Of a stretch of DNA of 64,000 nt, positions 28,869 to 38,749 are shown in pieces. The notes beneath the pieces are model-generated. The model did not search any database and had not been told where the DNA came from. It worked only from the letters and a program-made list of their open reading frames with translations. Position 1 is the stretch's first letter, and each line of letters opens with the position of its first letter. The position numbers and the translations under genes are program-made. This stretch comes from Vicinamibacteria bacterium. Lineage in GTDB: Bacteria; Acidobacteriota; Vicinamibacteria; Marinacidobacterales; Marinacidobacteraceae. Where the stretch lies: contig OZ219815.1 of the NCBI GenBank assembly GCA_964291235.2, positions 128,001 to 192,000 on the forward strand. Direction: 5' to 3'.

Positions 28869-31208
28869 TTGACGGTGCGGATTCAGCGCGCTGGCGCGTT
28901 CGTCCTCGCGGTGCTGAGCGCCGGCGCCACCGGCGCGGCCCAGGACGATCGGGACCGAGCGCCAGGCGATCCGCGCCAGAGCGGAATCGCGGCGAGTCGC
29001 TCGTCGGCCATCCTGCGGCTGCCCGCTCCCCCCGCCACTTCGCCGAGCGCCGCCGAACTCCGCCGCATGACCCGGGAGGAGCGGGTGCGGGCGCTCAAGG
29101 CCAGAACCTGGGAACTCCACGCCGAACGCGTGCAGGAACCCATCGAGGTTGACGGCTGGCTGGACGAAGCCGCCTGGGAGCGCGCGCGGCCGATCGGGGA
29201 CTTCTACGAGCAGGAGACCGACGAAGGCCTGCCCTCTACCGAAAGGACCATCGTGCGGGTCGTCTATGACGACGAGAACCTCTACTTCGGGTTCTTCTGC
29301 ACCCTGGGCGAGAACGCCGACGACGGGCACCAGACGTCGCACACCCGGCGCACCGCCGGCGAAGGCCGACCGCGCACCATGTTCCGCGACGAGAACATCG
29401 GCAGCGACGATGCCATCGGCATCATGCTGGACGCCTACAACGATCAGCGGAGCGCCATCTTCCTGGCCACCAACGCGAACGGGATCCTGTTCGACATGAG
29501 CCAGAACGGCCAGGGCTCCGAGACCAGGAACATCAACTGGGACATGGTCTGGGAGTCACGCGGACAGACCGTTCCCGGCGGCTGGACCGCGGAGGTACGG
29601 ATCCCCTTCAAATCCCTCCGCTTCCGGCGGCACCTGCCGGGACAGGAGGTGGTGTTCGGAGTCGGTTTCAAGCGGAACATCCCGCTCAAGACCGAGGAGG
29701 TGTACTGGCCGTTCGTCTCCAACGACTCGACCTGGTACCGGCCCGCGGAACTCGGCAAACTGCGCGGCCTCGAGGGCATCCAGCCCGGCCGCAACGTGGA
29801 GATCCGTCCCTACGCGCTCGGCCAGGTCAACGGGGGCGGCGAATGGACGGGCGAGCAGGGTCACGCCGACGGCGGCCTCGACGTGAAGTGGGGCGTCACC
29901 CCGGGTCTGACCGCGGATTTCACCTGGAACACCGACTTCGCGCAGGAGGAGGTGGACGATCTCCAGATCAACTTCACCCGTTTCTCGTTGCGGTTTCCCG
30001 AGAAACGGCAGATTTTCCTGGAAGGCCAGCGGAATTTCACCTTCGGCGAACGCCGGGACGCCGACATCGTCTTCACCCGGAGGATCGGCCTCTCGGATGA
30101 CGGCCACGCAGTTCCGATTCTGGGCGGTGGACGGCTCTCCGGACGGCAGGGCGCTTACACCGTGGGTCTCATGGGGATGGCGACCGCCGCCACCGAAAGC
30201 GCGGTCGGCGAGCGCTTCAGCGTCGCCCGGGTGCGGCGCGACGTCTTCTCGCGTTCCACGGTCGGGGCCGTGTTCACCGACCGGAGCAGCGACGGCGCCT
30301 TCAACCGGGTCGCGGGGCTGGACACCAACCTGCACTTCCGCGACGCCTGGAGTTTCGAGGGAGTCTGGGCCCGGGTGTTCGAGGAGACCGAGCAAAGCAG
30401 CACCGGCCTCGCCGCCGGGCGGTTGATGTACGACGACGACCTGCTCGGGGCGACGGTGAAGTTCATCGAGATCGGTGAGAACTTCCATCCCGGAATCGGT
30501 TTCGTGCAGCGCACCGGGATGCGCAAGACCTTCCTCCAGGCGCGGGTTTCGCCCCGACCGAACGTCCCGTTGATCCGGCAATTCCATCTGCAGGCCAACC
30601 TGAACAACACCCTGAACCTCGAGAACGTGCTGGAGACGCGCCGGGGCACGATGACCGGCCGCGCCACCTTCGAGAGCGGCGACGAAGTCTCCGTCGAGCT
30701 TACGGATCAGTACGAATTCACTACCTACGACTACTCGATCAGCGGGGTGGTGATTCCAGCGGGCGAGTATCCCTTCCGGCGGGCTCAGGTTTCCCTGACG
30801 ACCTACCGCCGCCGTTACGCCTCGGTGCGCGCCGGCTACGAGTTCGGAGGTTTCTGGGGCGGAACGCGCGACCTGTGGACGGTCGGGACGAACTACCGGA
30901 TCAACAAGAACTTCGGGCTGCGCGGCAACTACGCCTACAACCGGATTCGGTTGCCCGGGGGCGATCTGGACACCCACCTGGTTTCCACCCGGATGCAACT
31001 CGCCTTCCGGAACGACCTCATCCTGCTCGGCCTCTTCCAGTACAACAACACGACCGGCGACCTCGCCTCGAATATCCGTTTCAACTGGATCCCCAAGCCC
31101 GGCACCGATTTCTTCCTCGTCTATACCGAACTCGACGAGTGGTCGGAGCTGTTCTTCGTCAAGAACCGCAGCCTCTCCGTCAAGCTGAACTACCTCTTTC
31201 GAATCTAG
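28869..31208 (+). CDS. Carbohydrate-binding family 9-like + DUF5916 outer-membrane protein
   Basis: IEVDGWLDEAAW, YDDENLYF, WTAEVRIPFKSLRF, NTDFAQ.EVD, PEKRQ.FLEG, TRRIG; beta-barrel-like C-terminus KLNYLFRI. Confidence 0.85.
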   Translation: MTVRIQRAGAFVLAVLSAGATGAAQDDRDRAPGDPRQSGIAASRSSAILRLPAPPATSPSAAELRRMTREERVRALKARTWELHAERVQEPIEVDGWLDEAAWERARPIGDFYEQETDEGLPSTERTIVRVVYDDENLYFGFFCTLGENADDGHQTSHTRRTAGEGRPRTMFRDENIGSDDAIGIMLDAYNDQRSAIFLATNANGILFDMSQNGQGSETRNINWDMVWESRGQTVPGGWTAEVRIPFKSLRFRRHLPGQEVVFGVGFKRNIPLKTEEVYWPFVSNDSTWYRPAELGKLRGLEGIQPGRNVEIRPYALGQVNGGGEWTGEQGHADGGLDVKWGVTPGLTADFTWNTDFAQEEVDDLQINFTRFSLRFPEKRQIFLEGQRNFTFGERRDADIVFTRRIGLSDDGHAVPILGGGRLSGRQGAYTVGLMGMATAATESAVGERFSVARVRRDVFSRSTVGAVFTDRSSDGAFNRVAGLDTNLHFRDAWSFEGVWARVFEETEQSSTGLAAGRLMYDDDLLGATVKFIEIGENFHPGIGFVQRTGMRKTFLQARVSPRPNVPLIRQFHLQANLNNTLNLENVLETRRGTMTGRATFESGDEVSVELTDQYEFTTYDYSISGVVIPAGEYPFRRAQVSLTTYRRRYASVRAGYEFGGFWGGTRDLWTVGTNYRINKNFGLRGNYAYNRIRLPGGDLDTHLVSTRMQLAFRNDLILLGLFQYNNTTGDLASNIRFNWIPKPGTDFFLVYTELDEWSELFFVKNRSLSVKLNYLFRI

Positions 31209-31596
31209 GAGCGCCAGGAGCGCCGGCCTCCGGCCGGCATCGCGGCCGCAGGCCGCGTAACTCCCAGACTCAGTCAGCCCCGATGGCGGCAACCCAAGCG
31301 AGGACGGCGCACCGCTCCACCGCCGCCTGAGTAGCACTGCGCCACGGTGCGGGGCCGCGGCGTCACCCTGAACGAACAGGTCTCGGAGTTTCGCTCCGCT
31401 ACGCGTCGCGATGCCAGCCGGAGGCTGGCGCTCCTACTCCTTGATGACCGCGGCCTAAACGAGGACGGCGCACCGCTCCACCGCCGCCTGAGTAGCACTG
31501 CGCCACGGTGCGGGGCTGCGGCGCCACCCTGAACAAACAGGTCTCGGAGTTTCGCTCCGCTACGCGTCGCGATGCCGGCCGGAGGCCGGCGCTCCT
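31208..31596. repeat. REP-bounded palindromic element (31216-31435) plus a partial second copy (~31457-31596)
   Basis: AGGAGCGCCGGCCTCCGGCCGGCATCGC ... GCGATGCCAGCCGGAGGCTGGCGCTCCT; internal blocks shared with the 16.9 kb and 22.4 kb elements; begins at the upstream stop codon. Confidence 0.88.
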
Positions 31597-31698
31597 CGCG
31601 CGTTGGCAACGAAATTGCAAGGACGTGACATCGCTTTACACCCGGACCTCCGGGTCCGGACGTGCGCCTCGCCTCACGATCCCGACGGAGGATTCTCC

Positions 31699-32874
31699 AT
31701 GCAGAAGAAGCTGCCAGCGCTTCGCGAAGTTTGCTCGCCGCCGGGCAGAAAGGCCCTGGCTCTCGCGGTCCTCGCCGCGCTTGGCGCCGTGGCCGCGACT
31801 CCCGTCCCGGCCGGCGCCGCACCCGGTCAGGATGCCCGCGTCATGGTGGACGCCCTTGTCCTCGACCGAGCCGGGAATCCCGTGCCCGGACTGGACATCA
31901 GCGACTTCGAGGTCATCATCGGAGATCGAGTCGGTCGGGTCACCGCCACCCGCACCGTGGCCGCCAATCGAGAGACGCGCCGCTTCGTCTTCGTCCTCAA
32001 CCGGAGGGGAGCACGCCCGGCCCAACTCCGCCGCATGAAGCAGGGGCTCGAAGAATTCGTGTCCGCGCGCTTCGGCGAGCAGGATGAAGCGCTCTTCGTG
32101 GACTTCGCCGAGGTGCCGAGAATCGCCCGGGGGTGGCGGACCGGCCCCGCCGAAACACTCTCCGAGGTCGGAAACATCACTCCGATCGGTTTCCGGAGCC
32201 CGGTCGGCCCGGCGGAGGACGCCGCCGATGCGGTCTTCATGCTCGAGGCGCTCGCCGGACGCCTGGCAGAGTTGCCCGGACGAAAAGTGGTCGTGCTCTT
32301 CTCCGGGAGCCTCAGCGCCTTCGTAGGCCAGGCGGGAGGGGATCTCGTAGCCGTCCGGAGTCCGCGAACGTGGCAGTCGAACGCGCCACCCGAATCGCGG
32401 GGAGGAACCGACGACGCGGCGCGGCCGCTCGCCCGCGCCTTCAACGCCGCGAACGCCTCCCTCTACCCGGTTCACCTTGAGGGCGTGCAACGGCAGGAGG
32501 AGGGCATCCTGGAGGCCAGCCGGGAGGAGTTTGTCGGGACCGCGCGGGACCAAAACGGCAGTGTGGTGGGCTTGCGGCGGGCTCGCGATTCCTCCGCCTC
32601 GCTATCCGGCCGAAGGAAACAGGCGTTCGCCCGGCCCGCGGACGACTTCCTCTCTGCTCTGGCGTCCGGGACGGGCGGCCTCTACACCGCCCAGGCGACC
32701 GATTTCGCCCGGATCCTGGACGGCATCGAAGCTTCCAACCGGCTCTGGTACGAGCTCAGCTTCGAGTCCTTAGGCTCCAACATACCGGGCCGCTATCAAC
32801 CCCACGAAGTCCGGGTCCGGAACGGTCGGGGCCTCCAGGTGATCGTCCGCCCGGGCCACGTGGTCCCGAACTGA
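31699..32874 (+). CDS. Acidobacterial-type VWA-domain protein (paralog 1)
   Basis: GGAGG SD, ATG 31699; signal peptide; VDALVLDRAGNPVPGL..SDF, PGRKVVVLFS, LASGTGG, YELSF, VRVR...V.VRPG. Confidence 0.8.
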   Translation: MQKKLPALREVCSPPGRKALALAVLAALGAVAATPVPAGAAPGQDARVMVDALVLDRAGNPVPGLDISDFEVIIGDRVGRVTATRTVAANRETRRFVFVLNRRGARPAQLRRMKQGLEEFVSARFGEQDEALFVDFAEVPRIARGWRTGPAETLSEVGNITPIGFRSPVGPAEDAADAVFMLEALAGRLAELPGRKVVVLFSGSLSAFVGQAGGDLVAVRSPRTWQSNAPPESRGGTDDAARPLARAFNAANASLYPVHLEGVQRQEEGILEASREEFVGTARDQNGSVVGLRRARDSSASLSGRRKQAFARPADDFLSALASGTGGLYTAQATDFARILDGIEASNRLWYELSFESLGSNIPGRYQPHEVRVRNGRGLQVIVRPGHVVPN

Positions 32875-32888
32875 GGCACCGCTCGGAG

Positions 32889-33944
32889 ATGCCTCGAATG
32901 TTCGGGAAATGCGTCCCGGCCACCGTTCTTGTTGCGGCGCTCTGCGCACCCGCCGTCTCCGCCGGCGAGGAAACCAGCGTCACGCTCGAGGTGCTGGTGC
33001 TCGATCCTGACGGAAAACCCCGCTCCGGCCTGACCGCCGACGATTTCCTCGTGACCCGGCACGGCCAGGAGCAGGCGCTACCCATCGTTGAGGAACAGGC
33101 CGCCGGGAAAGCGCCGCGACGGTTCGTGTTCGTGTTCAACCGCCGCGGCGCGGAGGCCGCGCAGCTCAGCCGGGCGCTCCGGGGGCTCGAGTCGTTCATC
33201 GAAGATCAAATGTCCGACTCGGACCAGTCCCTGTTCGCGGATCTGGGAGAGACCCTGCGAATCGGCCGTGCGTTCGGGCCGGGGAAACAGGTCGCGCGCG
33301 GGGGCCTGCAAACCATCCCGGCGATGGGATACCGAAGCCCCGCCGGGGCGACGGAAGACGCCGCCGCGGCGGCCGAGTTGCTGGTGTTGGTCGCCGAGCG
33401 TCTGGCCGCGACGCCCGGACGCAAGATCGTGGTGCTGTTCTCGGAGAGCGTCAGCAGCTTTTCGTACGCGTCGGAACAACCCGGCACGTTCAGGACGTCC
33501 AATGTAACGATGATTCGTCCCGGTGCGCGGGGCGAGACGGATGCCGGGCTTGCCTCGATCACCCAACGGTTGGTCGGGGTGCAGGCGACCGTCCACGTCA
33601 TCCACCTCGAGGGCGTGCGCGAGTACGACGAGCTGATCCTGACGGCCGAACGCGACCAGTCGAACCCGTTCCGAGCCTTTTCCTCCACCTCCTTCGAGGG
33701 CCGTTTCCGAACCGTCTCGCCGCGCAGTGGGGACGACATCCTGTCCAGCGTTGCCGCCGAGAGCGGGGGCCTTTATTTTGCCCGCGCCACGGGATTCCGG
33801 AATCCGCTCGATCGCATCGAGTCCCGCAATCGTGCCTGGTACCGGTTGACGCTGGACGGCGCCGGACCGGCCGCCGCCGCCTCGAGTGGCATCGAAGTGC
33901 GGGTGCCGGGCTGCGAGGACTGCCAGGTGCTGACCGGGCGGTAG
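32889..33944 (+). CDS. Acidobacterial-type VWA-domain protein (paralog 2)
   Basis: Signal peptide; VLVLDPDGKPRSGLTADDF, PGRKIVVLFSE, VAAESGG, WYRL. Confidence 0.78.
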   Translation: MPRMFGKCVPATVLVAALCAPAVSAGEETSVTLEVLVLDPDGKPRSGLTADDFLVTRHGQEQALPIVEEQAAGKAPRRFVFVFNRRGAEAAQLSRALRGLESFIEDQMSDSDQSLFADLGETLRIGRAFGPGKQVARGGLQTIPAMGYRSPAGATEDAAAAAELLVLVAERLAATPGRKIVVLFSESVSSFSYASEQPGTFRTSNVTMIRPGARGETDAGLASITQRLVGVQATVHVIHLEGVREYDELILTAERDQSNPFRAFSSTSFEGRFRTVSPRSGDDILSSVAAESGGLYFARATGFRNPLDRIESRNRAWYRLTLDGAGPAAAASSGIEVRVPGCEDCQVLTGR

Positions 33945-33993
33945 TCCGGCGCCGGCGAAGCCCAGAAGTCTGCGCCCTTCGTTTCACGGTACG

Positions 33994-35946
33994 ATGGCCC
34001 GGAGGTTCGACGTGCGCATCATGATCGGAAGGGCGGACGCCACCCGCTGGCGCCCGGTGCTTCTGGTGGCGTTCGGGCTCATCCTCCTGTCCTGCCTCGC
34101 GGTTGCGCAGACCTTCCGGTTCCGGGCCGCCACCACCCGCGTCATCGTGGACGTGCTGGTGCTCGACGACGACGGGACGCCCGTCTCCGGTCTCACTGCC
34201 GACGATTTCGAGTTGTCGGAGGACGGAGAGCCGCAGCGGGTCGCGAGCATCGACGTGGTGGACTGGCAGCGCTACGAGTTGGGGGAGGCCCTCCCCGCGG
34301 AGACCCCGGCGATCGATCTCGAACCCGCCGACGCCGGCAACGCCTCACCCCGCCGGTTCGTGATTGTGTTCAACCGCCGCGGCGCCGACCCGGTGAACCT
34401 CCGGCGCGCCAAGCGCGGACTCGAGGACTTCGTAGTCGAGCACATGGTGGACGGGGACGAGACGATGATCCTCGAGTTCGCCCACACCGTTCGCGTGCTC
34501 CAGGAGTTCTACTCGGGCAAGGAGCAGACGCTCGCGAACATCCGCCGGATCGTTCCCGGAACCTACCAAAGCCCCGTTGGACCCGAAATCGACGCCCGCG
34601 ACTCCTACGAGATGCTGTTCGCTCTCGCGGACGCGCTCGAGTCGGTGGAAGGGCGCAAGATCGTGGTCTTCCTCTCGATGAATCTCCAAACCTTCGCCGA
34701 CCCCCGGCAGGTCGTCGGCGAGATTGCCGGCACCGAAGTGGACCAGTTCCCCGGGCGGAGGGCGCTCGACATGACGCGCAGTCTCCGCGAGGCGATCCTC
34801 CAGTTGAATCACGCGAACGCCACCCTCTACGCGGTAGATCTGACCGGTGTGTACGGCAGCGAAAACGACATCCTGAACCCCAGCCTGAACTCCTTCGGCG
34901 TGCTCGGCAACCCGATTCCCGTGGAGCCCGACGATCATCCGCTCACCCGGATGGAGGCCGCCGCCCAAATCCCGGCGGAGGGCGGAGCCGCTTCGCTCGC
35001 GGTCGCCACCGGGGGGACCTACTTCCCGAACCAGACGAACTTCGCCGTCGCGCTCAACCGCATCGGCATCCAGAACCAGCTCTACTACCTGCTGTCGTTC
35101 TCGCCCACGAAGACGGACTTGGACGGCGAGTACCGGCAGATCGAGGTCCGGGTACGCGACCGGCCCGACCTGCGGGTGATCGCCCGGCCGGGTTACTTCG
35201 CGCGGCGCCGCGGCGACGTCGTCGAGGCGGCGGCCCGCGGCGACTACGGGTACGCCTTTCCCGAGGATCTGAACACCTACGCGTACCTCCTGAATCCCCG
35301 GCCGCACGGCGCCTTCGGAATGCTCGCCGCCGCCCTGCCCGAGTCCTACGTGGAGGAGCCCGCCGAGCTTCGGCTTCGGGTGGTGGGCCCGGGCGGGGCG
35401 GTGCTCACCGAGGCCGCCGGTCCGGTGGATTTCCGCCGCTTCTGGATCTCGACGCCCGCGGAACTGCCTTCGGGTGAACACGAACTCCAACTGACAGTCG
35501 AACGCGGCGGCGAAACCGTGCACGAGGGATCCTCGATGCTGACCATTCCCACCGCGTTCGGGGAGACCTTCTCGCTGTCGAGCGTCTTCCCGTTCGTCGC
35601 GGAAGAGCACGCTCCGGAGGCGGTCGGGCCGCCGGTGCGGCCGGTGGCCACCTTCGCCGGGGCGGAGGATGCGCGCGTCGCCTTCTTCATCTTTCCGGGA
35701 CGGGACGATCCCGTTTCGCAGGTCCGGGTCGCCTACGAGATCCGGAACGCGTCCGGCGAGATGGCGGTCGAAGCGGAGCGGCCAGGACGCTTCGATCTCG
35801 ACCCGGACCGCCCGGAAGGCACTCCCATCCTGCTGCCGCTCCAGACAGCGACGCTGAGGGCCGGCCGCTACTCCGCGGTGGTCCGGGTCACCGACGACAC
35901 CCGGAACCGTTCCGCGGTCGGCGAGTTGTCCTTCCTGATCCGTTGA
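33994..35946 (+). CDS. Acidobacterial-type VWA-domain protein with C-terminal Ig-like extension (paralog 3)
   Basis: FRAATTRVIVDVLVLDDDGTPVSGLTADDFELSEDGEPQ, EGRKIVVFLS, LAVATGG, YYLLSF, YRQIEVRV, ARPGYFA. Confidence 0.88.
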   Translation: MARRFDVRIMIGRADATRWRPVLLVAFGLILLSCLAVAQTFRFRAATTRVIVDVLVLDDDGTPVSGLTADDFELSEDGEPQRVASIDVVDWQRYELGEALPAETPAIDLEPADAGNASPRRFVIVFNRRGADPVNLRRAKRGLEDFVVEHMVDGDETMILEFAHTVRVLQEFYSGKEQTLANIRRIVPGTYQSPVGPEIDARDSYEMLFALADALESVEGRKIVVFLSMNLQTFADPRQVVGEIAGTEVDQFPGRRALDMTRSLREAILQLNHANATLYAVDLTGVYGSENDILNPSLNSFGVLGNPIPVEPDDHPLTRMEAAAQIPAEGGAASLAVATGGTYFPNQTNFAVALNRIGIQNQLYYLLSFSPTKTDLDGEYRQIEVRVRDRPDLRVIARPGYFARRRGDVVEAAARGDYGYAFPEDLNTYAYLLNPRPHGAFGMLAAALPESYVEEPAELRLRVVGPGGAVLTEAAGPVDFRRFWISTPAELPSGEHELQLTVERGGETVHEGSSMLTIPTAFGETFSLSSVFPFVAEEHAPEAVGPPVRPVATFAGAEDARVAFFIFPGRDDPVSQVRVAYEIRNASGEMAVEAERPGRFDLDPDRPEGTPILLPLQTATLRAGRYSAVVRVTDDTRNRSAVGELSFLIR

Positions 35947-35961
35947 GCGGTCGTTGAGCGA

Positions 35962-36340
35962 CTTCGGGGCGGGAACCCGCCCCCGGTGGCCAGATCCGGG
36001 TCATCAGCGGCGAATTCCACCGGTTCCCGCTCCGAAGCCGCCCGGCGCTCCGCGCCGCAAATCAAAACTCCCTTGCGCGCCTGCCGCGCGCGGCGGCGAG
36101 TTCCGATTTGTCGTTTCCTTCTTGTGAAAGGGGAGAATCCCCCCTTTCACACTTTCCCCCGAAATCGCGGGCAGCGAACCAGTTCGCTGCCATCAACTTT
36201 TCGGCTCGATCCGTTTCCGGCAACGAAGAGAACGTAGACACCCACGCGGCGGGGACCCGAACCGGTGGCTAGCTAGACCCGGATCATCAGCGGGCATTCC
36301 ACCGGTCCCCGCCCCGAACCCGCCCGGCGCTCCGCCCCCC
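35962..36340. repeat. Multi-hairpin intergenic element, copy 2 (~35962-36193), plus a partial third copy of its 5' module (~36247-36340)
   Basis: CTTCGGGGCGGGAACC/GGTTCCCGCTCCGAAG stem, GCCCGGCGCTCCGCGCCGC, AAACTCCCTTGCGCG..CGCGCGGCGGCGAGTTCCGATT, TGTGAAAGGGG..CCCCTTTCACA, GGCAGCGAACcaGTTCGCTGCC. Confidence 0.72.
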
Positions 36341-36371
36341 CACCGGGAGAACCGGCGCGCGGTAAAGACGT

Positions 36372-37385
36372 TCAGGCCGAGTCCGTCGAGAACCCGTGAG
36401 CGAGGCGGTCCCGGGAATCGAGCGGGAACTGGTGGAACCCGGTGATGTGGGCGGAGCCGGTGATCTCCGGGATGATGGCCTTCCGGTTCCCGAGCCGGGC
36501 CTCCCCGACCATCCGCGCGAGGAACATCCCCCCGGTCACGCTCTCGATCCGCACTCCGCGCTCCGGACCGAGTTCTCCTTTCCGGTGGAGCACCGCGAGC
36601 CGGGCACAGTTTCCGGTTCCGCCGGGAGAGCGATCGAACTGACCGGGCCCGAAGACATGCACGTTCCGGTATGTCGCGGCCGGATCTTCGGGACGGGACA
36701 ACACGGTGGCGATGCCGATGTGGTCGCTGCCCGGAATCTCGGGATGACGGACCGAAAGGTTGCGGTTCGCCGCCTCCCGAACCCGGAGGCCCAGCTCCAC
36801 CACCTCGCGGATGTTGCGAAGCGAAACCTCGATTCCGAGCGCGTCGGCGTCCACATAGACGAACCAGTTACCGCCGTAGGCGACATCCACCCTCAGTTCG
36901 CCGAGTCCGGGCACCGGGAGCGATACGTCGAGGTGTTCCACGAACGAGGGCACACCCCGGAAGGTGACCGAAACCGCGCGTCCTTCCCGGACCGCTACCA
37001 CCGACTCCACGGGCCCGGCCGGCGTCTCGAACCGGATCCGGCGACGCGGCCCCTCGCCGGTGACCATTCCCATTTGGACGAGCGCCGTCGAGACCCCGAC
37101 GGTGGCGTGACCGCACATGTCCAGGTAGCCGCCGCCATCCATGAAGAACATGCCGAACCCGGCATCCGTCCCCGCCGGCTCGGAAAGCACGCAGCCGAAC
37201 ATGTCCCGGTGGCCCCGCGGCTCGTGGAGCAGCGCGGTGCGGAGGTGATCGAGATGGGTCCGGAAGAAATCCCGCTTTTCTGAGATCGACTCGCCGGCGA
37301 GGGGGCCGACCCCGCCGGTGATGATCCGGGTCGGCTCCCCTTCCGTGTGGGTGTCCACGGCATTCAGCCACCGGGATGCCTGCAT
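36372..37385 (-). CDS. Proline racemase / hydroxyproline epimerase superfamily protein (Cys/Gly active-site variant)
   Basis: VDTHTEGEPTRI, EPRGHRDMFG, MCGHAT, DVAYGGNW, DRSPGGTG, ITGSAHITG. Confidence 0.92.
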   Translation of the reverse strand: MQASRWLNAVDTHTEGEPTRIITGGVGPLAGESISEKRDFFRTHLDHLRTALLHEPRGHRDMFGCVLSEPAGTDAGFGMFFMDGGGYLDMCGHATVGVSTALVQMGMVTGEGPRRRIRFETPAGPVESVVAVREGRAVSVTFRGVPSFVEHLDVSLPVPGLGELRVDVAYGGNWFVYVDADALGIEVSLRNIREVVELGLRVREAANRNLSVRHPEIPGSDHIGIATVLSRPEDPAATYRNVHVFGPGQFDRSPGGTGNCARLAVLHRKGELGPERGVRIESVTGGMFLARMVGEARLGNRKAIIPEITGSAHITGFHQFPLDSRDRLAHGFSTDSA

Positions 37386-37400
37386 ATTCGGTCCTCCAGG

Positions 37401-38660
37401 TCAGTGGTCAACGGTGCGTAATGGCCGGTGTCGCCAGAGCAGCCAGTTCAGGAAGGTCGCCACCGCAGCCATCGCCACCACGATTCCAAAGGCCCCGTCC
37501 CAACCGTGAGCATCGATCAGATACCCCATCCCGACCCCCGTGAAGATCGCGCCCGCCGCTCCGATCCCGTCCACGATTCCGGAGGCGGAAGCCGAGGCTT
37601 TTGTCCCCCCGAAGTCCATCACCATGGCTCCCGACATCAGGGAATAGGGGCCGTAGAGCGTGAAGCCCACGAGCCCAAGCGCCGCTGCCAGCCAGAGGCT
37701 CTCCTCGGCCGGCAATCGGCTGAACAGGTAGATGGAGAGCGTGAGCACGACGCTCATGATCGCAAGCACCGGCCCCCGCCCGGCACCCACCCGGTCGGAA
37801 ACCCACCCGGCGGTTATGGAGCCCGCCGAACCGAGCAGCGGGAAAACTGCCGAGGCGGCGGCCGCGGCGCCGATCCCGGCGCCCGCCTGCACCAGGTAAT
37901 CCACCGACCATCCCCAGAAGGTGTAGCGGATCACGGAGAGCAACAGATAGCTTGTGCACATGATCCAAAACGCCGGGCTCGCCAGCATCCGGCGGCGCAA
38001 GCCGCCCCCCTGCCCGCTCCCGGCAACCGGATCGCGGAGCGTTTCCGGAGGCGCGGGAGCTGGCGGCGCGGCGGGCGGATCCGGCCGGATGAGGCGGTAG
38101 AGCGCGAGCCCGAGCAAAGCCAGCAGGCCGGCGTGCGCCCAAAAAAGTCCGGACCAGCCAAGCGCCACGACCAACACCGCGGCCGAAGCGCGGGCGGCGA
38201 AGTCGCCGAGCTGGTAGCTGATCGACATGAACCCCATCACCCGGCCGCTCTCCCGGCTGGGGTACCAGCGGGCCATGATCGGCATGATGGCCAGCCAGCC
38301 CATCGTCTGGAAATACGCGTTGACGCCCCAGACCGCGACGAAGAAGAGGAGTTCCCGGCCGAAACCGAAGACCGCGTTCATGAGCACGGAACCGAAGACG
38401 CCGATGAAGAACATCGCCTTGCCCCCGATGCGGTCACCGAGGAATCCGTTCAGAAGTTTCGACGCCGCGTACACCGCGAAGTACACCGACAGGATCAGCC
38501 CGGTCTCGGTGCTGGAATAGTCAAAGGCCTCCCCGATCAACGGTAGGGCCACCGGGAGCGTGACGCGGCCCAGGTAGTACCCCGCGTAGGCGACGAACAG
38601 GAGCACCGTCAGCAGCAGGCGCTGCCGCCCAAAACCCGGTGACTCCGCGACGCCCCTCAC
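37401..38660 (-). CDS. MFS transporter, organophosphate:Pi antiporter (GlpT/UhpC)-like
   Basis: YAGYYLGR, GFLGDR, WYPSRESGR, GWVSDR, ASGIVDG; about 12 TM segments. Confidence 0.85.
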   Translation of the reverse strand: MRGVAESPGFGRQRLLLTVLLFVAYAGYYLGRVTLPVALPLIGEAFDYSSTETGLILSVYFAVYAASKLLNGFLGDRIGGKAMFFIGVFGSVLMNAVFGFGRELLFFVAVWGVNAYFQTMGWLAIMPIMARWYPSRESGRVMGFMSISYQLGDFAARASAAVLVVALGWSGLFWAHAGLLALLGLALYRLIRPDPPAAPPAPAPPETLRDPVAGSGQGGGLRRRMLASPAFWIMCTSYLLLSVIRYTFWGWSVDYLVQAGAGIGAAAAASAVFPLLGSAGSITAGWVSDRVGAGRGPVLAIMSVVLTLSIYLFSRLPAEESLWLAAALGLVGFTLYGPYSLMSGAMVMDFGGTKASASASGIVDGIGAAGAIFTGVGMGYLIDAHGWDGAFGIVVAMAAVATFLNWLLWRHRPLRTVDH

Positions 38661-38749
38661 CTCAGCGCCCGCCGAGTTCGATCAATGCTTCCATCCGCGG
38701 GGGTGGGTCCCAACCGGTGCGTTCGGAGTGAGAAGAGGCCAGCCGCTAA

